Part shown: positions 20,542 to 29,151 of the stretch, piece by piece
Layout of the letters: every line of letters begins with the position of its first letter
Numbering within the stretch: position 1 is the first letter of the stretch
NCBI GenBank assembly: GCA_963662615.2
Contig: CAXXSR010000001.1
Span: 1,728,001-1,792,000 of the forward strand
Source of the DNA: Dehalococcoidia bacterium
Lineage (GTDB): Bacteria > Chloroflexota > Dehalococcoidia > Bin125
DNA length: 64,000 nt
Reading direction: 5' to 3'
Made by a program: the position numbers and the translations under genes
The notes under the pieces: model-generated
What the model was told of the DNA's origin: nothing
The model's database searches: none
The model's input: only the letters and a program-made list of their open reading frames with translations

Positions 20542-21933
20542 ATGCTTGAACTTGCGATCTTCCAGACCGGGCCGACGGACCTGCCCAGCGTCGCAGCGGA
20601 AGGGATCCGCGTGAACTCGGGCTCGTTGGCCCAGACGCACGAGAGCTTCCAACGGCAGGTAGTGACCCAGGTCCGCCAGGGCGTCCTGGCCGAGGAGCTG
20701 GGCTTCAACTACTGCTTCCCAACCGAGCACCACTTCCAGCCGGAGGGCGTGGAGTGCAGCCCCAATCCGCTGTTCATGGAGATGGCGATCGCCGCGCGGA
20801 CCAAGCGCATCCGCCTGGGGCAGATGGCCAACATCCTCTCCTGGCACCACCCGCTCCGGCTGGCGGAGCAGGCGGCCATGCTGGACGTCTTCAGCGGCGG
20901 CCGCCTGGAGTTCGGGGTCGGCCGCGGCTATCAGTCGCGCGAGACGGAGACCTTAGGCGGGCCGCTGGGCACCACGGTCCAGGACCAAGAGCGCAACCGC
21001 GCCTTCTTTGAGGAGGCGTTTCAGATCCTCCTCAAGGCCTGGACGGAGCCGTCCTTCTCCCACCAGGGCGAGTTCTTCAGCCTGCCGCCTACCTACACCA
21101 AGTGGAACCACAGCCAGACGATGGCCTACTTCAACCAGCCCCAGGTGGAGCGCAACGTGGACGACGTGCTCAACGTGGGGCCGCCGGACATGTACTCCAT
21201 GGGCGCGCCGGTCTACGCCAGCACCACCACGCTGAAGGAGATCAGCGTCTACCCGCAACCGCTGCAGAAGCCGCACCCGCAGATCTGGCAGCCCGTGACC
21301 AGCGCACGCTCCATTGACTGGGCGGCGATCCGCGGGGCGAACTGCTTCACGATCCCGGAGCCCAATTCGCGGGCGAAGGTCAACGTCGATCGCTACTACG
21401 AGCAGCTCGACAAGCACGGCTGGCCCGACCGCCTGAACCGCAAGGAGCCGTTCAAGTTCGGTTGGGACTCCGAGAAAGGGCGGGGCTTCCCGGTCGCGCG
21501 GTACATCCACGTCCTCCCCCGCGGCAAGGAGAAGGAGGACCTGCAACGGTACAAGGAGGGGCTTGAGGTCGCATGGCCGTTCTTCTCGCCCTTCGGCTTC
21601 GGCGCCATCCTCGCCGACGCGGACGAGCCGCCCTTCCCGCCCGACATGAAGATTACCGCCGACCTCACGATCGAGAAGGAGATCGTGATCGTCGGCACGG
21701 CCGACGAGGTCGTGGAGAAGGTCCTCCGGCTCAAGGAGACCGTGGGCTACGACGACTTCCTCTTGCCCGGTTGGTTCGAGATGGGCGGCTACAGCGGCGA
21801 GGAAATCGAGGAGCAGATGCGGACGTTCGCCGCTGACTGCGTCCCCCAGCTGGCGAAGGCCTGCGGCGGTCTCAAAGTGAACCCGGACGTCGCCCCGAAC
21901 CTGGAAGTCGGCGAGCCGGTCGCAGTTTCGTAA
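20542..21933 (+). CDS. LLM-class (luciferase-like) flavin-dependent oxidoreductase
   Basis: TEHHF, PLRLAEQAAMLDVFSGGRLEFGVGRG, YPQPLQKPHP; AGGAGG RBS. Confidence 0.9.
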   Translation: MLELAIFQTGPTDLPSVAAEGIRVNSGSLAQTHESFQRQVVTQVRQGVLAEELGFNYCFPTEHHFQPEGVECSPNPLFMEMAIAARTKRIRLGQMANILSWHHPLRLAEQAAMLDVFSGGRLEFGVGRGYQSRETETLGGPLGTTVQDQERNRAFFEEAFQILLKAWTEPSFSHQGEFFSLPPTYTKWNHSQTMAYFNQPQVERNVDDVLNVGPPDMYSMGAPVYASTTTLKEISVYPQPLQKPHPQIWQPVTSARSIDWAAIRGANCFTIPEPNSRAKVNVDRYYEQLDKHGWPDRLNRKEPFKFGWDSEKGRGFPVARYIHVLPRGKEKEDLQRYKEGLEVAWPFFSPFGFGAILADADEPPFPPDMKITADLTIEKEIVIVGTADEVVEKVLRLKETVGYDDFLLPGWFEMGGYSGEEIEEQMRTFAADCVPQLAKACGGLKVNPDVAPNLEVGEPVAVS

Positions 21934-21991
21934 CCAGAACGGCGGAGGAGCGGAGGCGCCGCCGCCGCCGCAGCGAGAGAGGAGTCGCGTA

Positions 21992-22828
21992 GTGGGAATC
22001 AAGCTCAAGGGCCTCAACCTGGGATACATGGGGATGGACTACGACCTGTTGGGCTTCCCCAACCCGGCGGAGGTCTTGTTGCCGGGGCGCTCCGAGGGCC
22101 GGCGAAAATGGTATCGCTGCCCCTCCATGGCGTTCATCATTGAGCACCCGGAAGGGCGGATCCTCTTCGATACGGGCATCTCCACCAACTTCAGCAAGGA
22201 ATGGCTCCCGGAGTGGCAGGGGATGATCGATCTCAGCGAAGTCTCAGCCGATACCCTGCTGGTGAGCGGCTTGAAGAGCGCGGGACTGGGGCCGGAAGAC
22301 TTCCGCTACGTGATCTCGAGCCACCTGCACGCGGACCACGCTGGCGGTCTGCGCAACTTCGAGGAGGCCGGGGCCGAGATCCTGGTGCACGAGGACGAGC
22401 ACAAGTTCGTCAGCAAGGTCTGGGAGGCCGAGAACTTTTTCGTCCGGGCCGACTGGGGCTTCCTGTCACGAAAGCGTCCCACGCTGATGTACGGCGACCA
22501 GGAGATCCTGAAGGACCTCTGGACAATCAGCCTGCCGGGGCACACGCCGGGTTCGATGGGGATCGTGACGAAGCTGGACCACACGGGCTGGGCGATCTTG
22601 ACCGGCGACGCGATCGCGACCCACGACGCCTACGGCCCGCCATACCTTCCCAATTTCGTGAACTTCAGCAATGAGAACGCCGCCGCCTCGATGACGAAGA
22701 TCGAGGGCATCGCCAAGGAGACGGACGCCTTCGTCTTCCCCGGGCACGACGAAACCGGGATCAACTACAACAAGGGGAAGATGGAGGTCAAGCAGGTCGA
22801 GTTCCTGCCCAACCACACCTACGAGTAA
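21992..22828 (+). CDS. Metallo-beta-lactamase-fold lactonase (AiiA/N-acyl-homoserine lactonase family)
   Basis: ILFDTG, SHLHADHAG (HxHxDH), PGHTPG, TGDA, PGHD. Confidence 0.85.
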   Translation: MGIKLKGLNLGYMGMDYDLLGFPNPAEVLLPGRSEGRRKWYRCPSMAFIIEHPEGRILFDTGISTNFSKEWLPEWQGMIDLSEVSADTLLVSGLKSAGLGPEDFRYVISSHLHADHAGGLRNFEEAGAEILVHEDEHKFVSKVWEAENFFVRADWGFLSRKRPTLMYGDQEILKDLWTISLPGHTPGSMGIVTKLDHTGWAILTGDAIATHDAYGPPYLPNFVNFSNENAAASMTKIEGIAKETDAFVFPGHDETGINYNKGKMEVKQVEFLPNHTYE

Positions 22829-22915
22829 GGACGTTGGGGCCACGCCGCAGCGGCGGCGGACGCGCAAATCGAGCGGCGCCAGTGCGATGCTGGCGCCGCT
22901 TTCTTGTCACGCACA

Positions 22916-24058
22916 ATGAGGATCAACCGGCTCCAGTGGGCGCCGTTTCGCCTTGCCTTCGTCACGCGCATGCGTCCGGTCGCCCCTGCGACAACTCTCC
23001 CCGCGCCCAGCCACCGCGAGGGTGTCGTCCTGCGGATCGTCACCGACGCCGGGGGCATTGGCCTCGGGCAGGGCCTCGGGGAGGCTTCGCCGCTGCCCGA
23101 GCGTGATCAAGGCACGGCCGCGGACGTCCTCGCCTTGCTGGCGGAGCATGCTCCCCGCTTCGTGGGATTGAGCGATGACGAAGCGCTCGCCGCGCTCGCT
23201 GAACTGGACCCCCAGCCCGGCCTCCGCGCCCTTGCCTGCGCATTCGACGTCGCCACCCTGGACGCGGCCGGGCGAGCGTCGGGCCGCCCGGTCGCGCAGC
23301 TGCTCCCCGGTGTGCAGAGCAGCCGCCTGGTGCCCGCCGTCGAGGTCAATGCCACCGTCGGCGAGGTGGACGCGGCTACCGCCGCCCGCGCCGCTGCGCG
23401 CGCCGCCGCCGCGGGCTTCCGCACCGTGAAGTTGAAAGTGGGCGGCAGCGAAGATGCGGCCGGGGAAGTCGCGCGGGTCTCGACGGTCCGCGAGGCGATG
23501 GGACCCCACGTCCGGCTTCGCCTGGACGCCAACGGGGCCTGGACGCCTCTCGAGGCGATCGGGCTAATCGAGCGTTTGGAACCGTTCCAGCTGGAATGGG
23601 TGGAGCAGCCGGTGGCCGCGGACGATCTGGACGGGCTGCAGCGCGTTCACGCGGCCGTCTCTACGCCCATTGCCGCGGATGAGAGCGTGCGATCCCTGGA
23701 CGACGCACGCCGGCTCATCGACGCCGCCGCCGCCGACGTGCTCGTGCTCAAGCCCATGTCCCTGGGCGGTCTGCGGCCCTCGTGGGAGGTTGCCCGACTC
23801 GCGTCGGGGACGAGCGTTCGCGTCGTCGTTACGACTACGATCGACGCCGGCGTCGCTACGGCCGCGGCGCTGCATCTGGCGGCGGCGATTCCAGGAGAGA
23901 TTCCCGCCAGCGGCCTGGCCACGGGGAGCCTGCTGGAGGATGATCTGCTGGAGACGCCACTGTCGATCGCGAATGGCCGCATGGACGTGCCCCAAGGCGG
24001 CGGATTGGGCATCGCGCTCAATCCTGCCTCCAGACTCGCCTGGACCGGCGTCCCCTGA
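22916..24058 (+). CDS. menC: o-succinylbenzoate synthase (enolase superfamily)
   Basis: GEASPLP, VKLKVG, RLDANGAW, WVEQP, AADES, VLKP, GLAT; men cluster context. Confidence 0.82.
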   Translation: MRINRLQWAPFRLAFVTRMRPVAPATTLPAPSHREGVVLRIVTDAGGIGLGQGLGEASPLPERDQGTAADVLALLAEHAPRFVGLSDDEALAALAELDPQPGLRALACAFDVATLDAAGRASGRPVAQLLPGVQSSRLVPAVEVNATVGEVDAATAARAAARAAAAGFRTVKLKVGGSEDAAGEVARVSTVREAMGPHVRLRLDANGAWTPLEAIGLIERLEPFQLEWVEQPVAADDLDGLQRVHAAVSTPIAADESVRSLDDARRLIDAAAADVLVLKPMSLGGLRPSWEVARLASGTSVRVVVTTTIDAGVATAAALHLAAAIPGEIPASGLATGSLLEDDLLETPLSIANGRMDVPQGGGLGIALNPASRLAWTGVP

Positions 24059-24204
24059 AGCGCCGCGGACGGCGATTCCGGCCGGCTCTCCTGCGGGCGG
24101 ACGGGGCACCTCGCGGCCTCCGTCATCGGCGCCAGTCGCGCGCTCGGACGAGCGCTTGACCGCGGTCACGTCGCCTGTCAGGCTTGCCGCGACATTGCCG
24201 TTGA

Positions 24205-24291
24205 GGCGTTCTGCGGGGGAAGTCCGGTGCGAATCCGGCGCTGTCCCGCAACGGTGACTCATCCGAGAAGTCCGACCGCCTGCCGAACGCC
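24205..24291 (+). ncRNA. Cobalamin riboswitch (compact, class II-like)
   Basis: GGGAAGTCCGGTGCGAATCCGGCGCTGTCCCGCAACGGTGA...AAGTCCGACCGCCTGCC core; closing stem GGCGTTC/GAACGCC; upstream of btuCD-like genes. Confidence 0.9.
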
Positions 24292-24332
24292 GTCGCCTGG
24301 ATGTGGCCTTCGCGGAAAGGCCGGGGCGCCGC

Positions 24333-24364
24333 GCGACTCGCCGCCCCGGCCGAGTCGCTTTTTT
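24333..24364 (+). terminator. Intrinsic terminator, expression platform of the cobalamin riboswitch
   Basis: GCGACTCG-N10-CGAGTCGC followed by TTTTTT. Confidence 0.8.
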
Positions 24365-24651
24365 ATTGCCGCATGACCGGGGCTCAAGGCTCCGGCCGTG
24401 CCTTCCCCCCGCGAGGGAGAAGGACGGAGGAGCCACAGGAACGTGCGAGGGCCCGACCGTCGGCATCGCTCTCCGTCAGCGGACGCGGGCACCCGGGTGG
24501 CCGCACCCCGGCGCGCTGCCGGTGACCCGGGCGTCTCGGCATGGGACGCGCCTGCCCCTGAAGTCGGGCCCTCCTGCGCGACCTCGCGCCTACGCCAAAC
24601 CTCTATCGCAATCGCGCGCGGGACGCGGCGCCCGGCCCCCGGCGGCCGACG

Positions 24652-25746
24652 ATGACCGCGATCCGGCTCCCGCTCAAGCGCCCGCAGTCGCTCCTCCAAA
24701 CGTCGGGGGGGCTGACGCTCTTTTTTGGACTCGGTCTGGCGCTGCTGGCTGCGGTTATCGCCCTCGCGACCGCGTCGGGCAGCGCCGGCATCCCGCTGGG
24801 CAGCACCGTTCGCGTCCTCATCGACGCGCTGCCGCTGGTCCAGTTGGATCAGACCTGGACCGACGCCGAGGCGACCATTCTTCTCCAGATTCGGCTCCCC
24901 AGAGTGGTCGCTGCCGCGTTGGTGGGCGCGGCCCTGAGCGCGTCCGGCGTCGTTTTCCAGGGCGTCTTCCGGAACCCGCTCGTGGACCCGTACATCATTG
25001 GCGCCAGTAGCGGCGCGGCGTTCGCGGCGGTGATCGGCTTCCTCATCGCTCCGCAGGCCGGCTTTATCGTCTACGGCTTCTCCTGGGTGCCGGCCCTGGC
25101 GTTCGTGGGCAGTGTCACGACGGTGATCGTCGTGTACGGAATCGCCAGAAGCGGCGGCCGCGTCGCCGTGACGACACTCCTGCTGGCGGGCCTAGCGGTG
25201 GGCGCCTTCCTCACGGCCCTGATGTCGTTCATCATGCTGAGCCAGTCCGACGCGCAATTCCGCCTGGGTGCGATCCTCTCGTGGCTGCTGGGCGGCGTGG
25301 GCACGGTGGGCTGGAATCAGTTCATTCTGCTGGTGCCGTTCATCGCCGGGGGCCTGCTGGTGGCGCGAGCCCTCGCGCAACCGCTGAACGTTTTTGCCCT
25401 GGGCGAGGAGCAGGCAGGCGCGTTGGGCGTGTCGGTGGAGCGCACGAAGCTCGCTCTGATCGGCGCCTCCTCGTTGATGACGGCCGCGGCCGTCGCCGCC
25501 GCCGGCTTGGTCGGATTCGTGGGACTCGTGGTGCCCCACATGATGCGCCTGCTCCTCGGCCCCAATCATCGCCGCCTGCTCTGGGCGGCGAGCCTCTACG
25601 GCGCCGGCTTCGTCGTGCTGGCCGACCTGGTGGCGCGGACACTCCTTTCGCCCCAAGAGATCCCGCTCGGCGTGATCACGGGCATCGTGGGCGCTCCGTT
25701 CTTCTTGCTCCTGCTGCGGCAGGCGAAGGGCCGCTATGCATTCTGA
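24652..25746 (+). CDS. btuC: Cobalamin/iron-chelate ABC permease (BtuC/FecCD family)
   Basis: IRLPRVV, QGVFRNPLVDPYIIG, GFVGLVVPH, EIPLGVITG; downstream of the B12 riboswitch. Confidence 0.85.
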   Translation: MTAIRLPLKRPQSLLQTSGGLTLFFGLGLALLAAVIALATASGSAGIPLGSTVRVLIDALPLVQLDQTWTDAEATILLQIRLPRVVAAALVGAALSASGVVFQGVFRNPLVDPYIIGASSGAAFAAVIGFLIAPQAGFIVYGFSWVPALAFVGSVTTVIVVYGIARSGGRVAVTTLLLAGLAVGAFLTALMSFIMLSQSDAQFRLGAILSWLLGGVGTVGWNQFILLVPFIAGGLLVARALAQPLNVFALGEEQAGALGVSVERTKLALIGASSLMTAAAVAAAGLVGFVGLVVPHMMRLLLGPNHRRLLWAASLYGAGFVVLADLVARTLLSPQEIPLGVITGIVGAPFFLLLLRQAKGRYAF

Positions 25747-26587
25747 GCGGGGAGAAGCGGCATTGTGCCTCTCCGATGTGCACTTTGCCTATGCCAAGAA
25801 GCCCGTGCTGCGCGGGCTCTCGCTGGACGTCGCTCGGGGCGAGATGGTCGCGCTGCTGGGGCCGAACGGATCGGGCAAGACCACGATCTTGCGTCTGCTC
25901 ACCGGCGCCCTGCGGGCGCAGGCCGGCGCCATCTCCATCGACGGGCGCCGACGGCAGGCGTACAGCCGGCGTGCGCTGGCCCAACGGATCGCCGTCGTGC
26001 CGCAGGAGCTGTACGTCACCTTCGACTTTCCGGTGCGCGAACTCGTCCTCATGGGCCGCGCGCCTCACCTGCCCTGGTGGCGCGAGGAGGGGCCGGACGA
26101 CCGTCGGATCGCGCAGCGCGCGATGGCGGACACCGGCACCGAGGAGCTTGCCGAGCGGCGCTTTTGGGACCTCTCCGGAGGCGAACGGCAGCGGGTCGTG
26201 GTGGCAATGGCCCTGGCGCAGCAGCCGCGCATCTTGCTGCTCGACGAACCGACCCACAACCTCGACATCGCGCATCAGGCCGCGATCTTTGACCTGATCC
26301 GCCGTCTCAACCGCGAACGCGGGGTCACCGTTTTCGCGGCGATCCACGACATCAATCTCGCCGCGCTGTATTGCGACCGGCTGATCCTGCTCCGGGAAGG
26401 CCGGGTCATGGTGGAAGGCCCTCCCGAGGCTGTCGTGACTGAAGCGAATCTGCGCCGTGGCTACGGCGCCGCAGTGCAAGTCTTCCCGCATCCGCTGTCA
26501 AGGCGGCCGCAAGTGGCGTTGGTGCCTGCGGGGGCTCTGCCGCGCGGTGAGCCGGGCAGCCCGGTCACACCCGGTATTTCTCAATGA
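25736..26587 (+). CDS. btuD: Cobalamin/iron-chelate ABC ATPase (BtuD/FepC family)
   Basis: GPNGSGKTT, LSGGERQRV, LLLDEPTHNLD, HDINLA. Confidence 0.85.
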   Translation: MHSERGEAALCLSDVHFAYAKKPVLRGLSLDVARGEMVALLGPNGSGKTTILRLLTGALRAQAGAISIDGRRRQAYSRRALAQRIAVVPQELYVTFDFPVRELVLMGRAPHLPWWREEGPDDRRIAQRAMADTGTEELAERRFWDLSGGERQRVVVAMALAQQPRILLLDEPTHNLDIAHQAAIFDLIRRLNRERGVTVFAAIHDINLAALYCDRLILLREGRVMVEGPPEAVVTEANLRRGYGAAVQVFPHPLSRRPQVALVPAGALPRGEPGSPVTPGISQ

Positions 26588-27707
26588 AGCCGGCATCCAG
26601 CTCCAGCCCCAATCCGGGGCCCTCCGGCGCCGGGTAGAGACCGTTCCGGAAAGCAGGGCGATTCGCCAGCAGCCCCCAGAAGACGGGATCGCGCTCTGGG
26701 TGGAAGCACTCGGCGTAGGTCCCGTGCGGGATCGCGCCCAGGAGATGCACGGAGACGTGCGGCTCCTCGTGATGCGCCATGCGGATGTCGAATGCGGCTG
26801 CCATGGCGGCGATGTTGCGCCACTCCGTGGGCCCGCCAACCATAGAGACATCCGCGTTGCAGAAGTCAATGGCGGCGTCGACCATCAGGTCGCGGATGGG
26901 CCCGCGCGCGACTTCGCTCTGACCGGCCGCCGTGGGCAGCCCACCGATTAGGCGCACGTCCCGCATCAGCCGGCGGTCGTTGTCCCAGGCGCAGGGCTCC
27001 TCCAACCAGAGGAGGTCAAGGTCACGGGTCAGTCGAACGAATTCAATCGCCTCCTCGCGGCTGTAGCCCTGGTTGGCATCCGCCATCAGGAGGAAGTCGG
27101 GGCCGGCCGCTTCGCGCGCCACACGGATACGCTCGGCGTCTTCCTGCGGCGAGCGGCCACCCACCTTGAACTTGCAGCCGGCGAAGCCGATCTCGTGATA
27201 CGACTCCATTTCCCGCACGATGTCTTGGCGCGACGGGGCGTAGTAGCCGCCAATGACGATCACCGGCACGGCGTCGCGATAGCCTCCCCAGAGCTGGTAG
27301 AGGGGCACGCCGAAGCGCTTGCCGATCGCGTCCCAGATCGCGGTGTCGACGCAGGCGATCGCCTGCATGGTGAGGACGCGGTTGCGGCGGATGTCGTCGG
27401 TGGCGCCGAAGAACGCCTCCCAGCATCCCTGGACGTTGAGGACGTCGCGCTCGAGAGCCAGCGGCGTCAGAACATCCCGGATGATCTCGACGATCCCGGC
27501 CTGCTCGAGATCGCTGTCGCCAAGATACGCCTCCCCCACGATGCCGCCGCGCGTGTACACCCGAGTGATGATGGTGCGGCGCGTATCGATGGCGTAGCCG
27601 CTGCCGCGAAACGTCCGCTGCAGCTCCACGCGGAGCGGGATCACCTCAATGCGCTCCACTCGGAGATCCTCGCTCACGACCCCGGCCGTCGTCGATTGTG
27701 AGACCAT
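26565..27707 (-). CDS. Mandelate racemase/muconate lactonizing enzyme family protein
   Basis: DTAIWDAIGK, KFKVGG, DANQG, WLEEP, AGQSE. ATG at 27707 follows AGGAG. Confidence 0.88.
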   Translation of the reverse strand: MVSQSTTAGVVSEDLRVERIEVIPLRVELQRTFRGSGYAIDTRRTIITRVYTRGGIVGEAYLGDSDLEQAGIVEIIRDVLTPLALERDVLNVQGCWEAFFGATDDIRRNRVLTMQAIACVDTAIWDAIGKRFGVPLYQLWGGYRDAVPVIVIGGYYAPSRQDIVREMESYHEIGFAGCKFKVGGRSPQEDAERIRVAREAAGPDFLLMADANQGYSREEAIEFVRLTRDLDLLWLEEPCAWDNDRRLMRDVRLIGGLPTAAGQSEVARGPIRDLMVDAAIDFCNADVSMVGGPTEWRNIAAMAAAFDIRMAHHEEPHVSVHLLGAIPHGTYAECFHPERDPVFWGLLANRPAFRNGLYPAPEGPGLGLELDAGFIEKYRV

Positions 27708-27894
27708 GGCAGCTCCAACTCCTTTCGCTACGCCGCCCCCTCGCGACGCCCAGCGCCTCGTGGGCATAGCGGAGCGAATTGTACTCCTCGCTGAGGAAAC
27801 GGTGCAGATGGGACGCGGGATGTTGGGGGGCTGAGAATGGGCTCCGAGCGCGTGGAGCCAGACGCCGCGTGCTGAGACGAGGAGGGCTGTCACG

Positions 27895-28131
27895 GTGGCC
27901 GTCTTCGAAATCGCCCGGGACAGTCGCGGCGGCACCTGGATTGAGCGTTGCACCTTGTGGGAGCAAGGAACGCGGTACTCCATGACGGTCGATACGTCCG
28001 ACTACCCCTACCCGCTGCGCAAGATGCAGGGGACATGGGGCGTGGAGGGAGTGGCGGATGGGAGCCGCATCAACATGCGGTTCGATTACGCCATGAAATA
28101 CGGACCGGTGGGCTGGATGCTGCAGTGCTAG
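27895..28131 (+). pseudogene. Fragment of an SRPBCC (polyketide cyclase/dehydrase-like) gene
   Basis: GTWIERCTLWEQGTRYSMTVDTSDYPYPLRKMQGTWGVEG...RINMRFDY resembles the central strands of SRPBCC proteins, with no N-terminal part or C-terminal helix. Confidence 0.5.
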
Positions 28132-28161
28132 GATCGAGCGACCTCAGAATCGCCGGGAGAG

Positions 28162-29043
28162 ATGCGAATGAACACGACAGAGGAAGCGCCGAGCTTCACC
28201 CCCTCGCCCGAACTCTATCCGTTCACCTCTCGCCGATTCGACAGCTCCGTAGGCTCGGTCCACTTCATTGACGAAGGGAGCGGCCGTCCGATCCTGTTCC
28301 TCCACGGCAACCCCACCTGGAGCTTTCTTTACCGCCACATCATCAAGGAGCTGCGTGATGGCTTCCGTTGCGTGGCAGTGGATTACCCCGGCTTTGGGCT
28401 GTCGGTGCGCCCGCCCGGATACGGCTATACCCCGGCGGAGCACGCTGGGGTCGTTCGCGAGCTGGTCGATCATCTGAACCTTGAGGACTTCATCGTCATG
28501 GGTCAGGACTGGGGCGGGCCTATTGGACTGTCGATAGCCGCGTCGTCGCCCGAGCGTGTGCACGGCCTGGTCATGGGCAACACCTGGTTCTGGCCGGTAG
28601 ACACCCGAATGATCAAAACGTTCAGCGTGATCATGTCATCGGCGCCAATGCAGTGGGCCATCCTCAAGCGCAACTTCTTCGTCAAGCCAATGATGCCCAT
28701 GGCGATGTCGAGCAAGCTGTCGCGGCAAGAGATGGATCACTACCGCGCCGTGCAACCGTCGGAGGAGATGCGCAAGGGGGTGGCGGAGTTCCCGCGCCAG
28801 ATTCGAGCGTCGGGGCCGTGGCTCGCCGACCTGGCCGCGCGGGTCCCAGAGACGTTGGCGCAGAAGCCGCTCGTCTTGGTTTGGGGCATGCGAGATTTCG
28901 CGTTCAAGCCCAAGGCATTTCTGCCGCGGTGGCGGGAGACCTTTCGCGACGCCACGCTGGTGGAGCTACCGAAGGCCAAGCACTACATCCAGGAGGATGC
29001 GCCCGCGGAGATCGCCGGCGCGATCCGCGAGCGCTTCGGCTAG
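28162..29043 (+). CDS. Haloalkane dehalogenase-family alpha/beta hydrolase
   Basis: LHGNPTWSFLYR, DYPGFGLS, GQDWGG (Asp nucleophile + Trp), WGMRD, AKHYIQED. Confidence 0.85.
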   Translation: MRMNTTEEAPSFTPSPELYPFTSRRFDSSVGSVHFIDEGSGRPILFLHGNPTWSFLYRHIIKELRDGFRCVAVDYPGFGLSVRPPGYGYTPAEHAGVVRELVDHLNLEDFIVMGQDWGGPIGLSIAASSPERVHGLVMGNTWFWPVDTRMIKTFSVIMSSAPMQWAILKRNFFVKPMMPMAMSSKLSRQEMDHYRAVQPSEEMRKGVAEFPRQIRASGPWLADLAARVPETLAQKPLVLVWGMRDFAFKPKAFLPRWRETFRDATLVELPKAKHYIQEDAPAEIAGAIRERFG

Positions 29044-29151
29044 CCAGGTCGCCGGGCGTCGCCTCGACGGCCCGAGCGATTCCCTTCTGCGCAGTCGCGT
29101 GCAACCCACCGGGGCGACGAGGCGACGGTTGGTCGTGTTCACAGACGGGCC

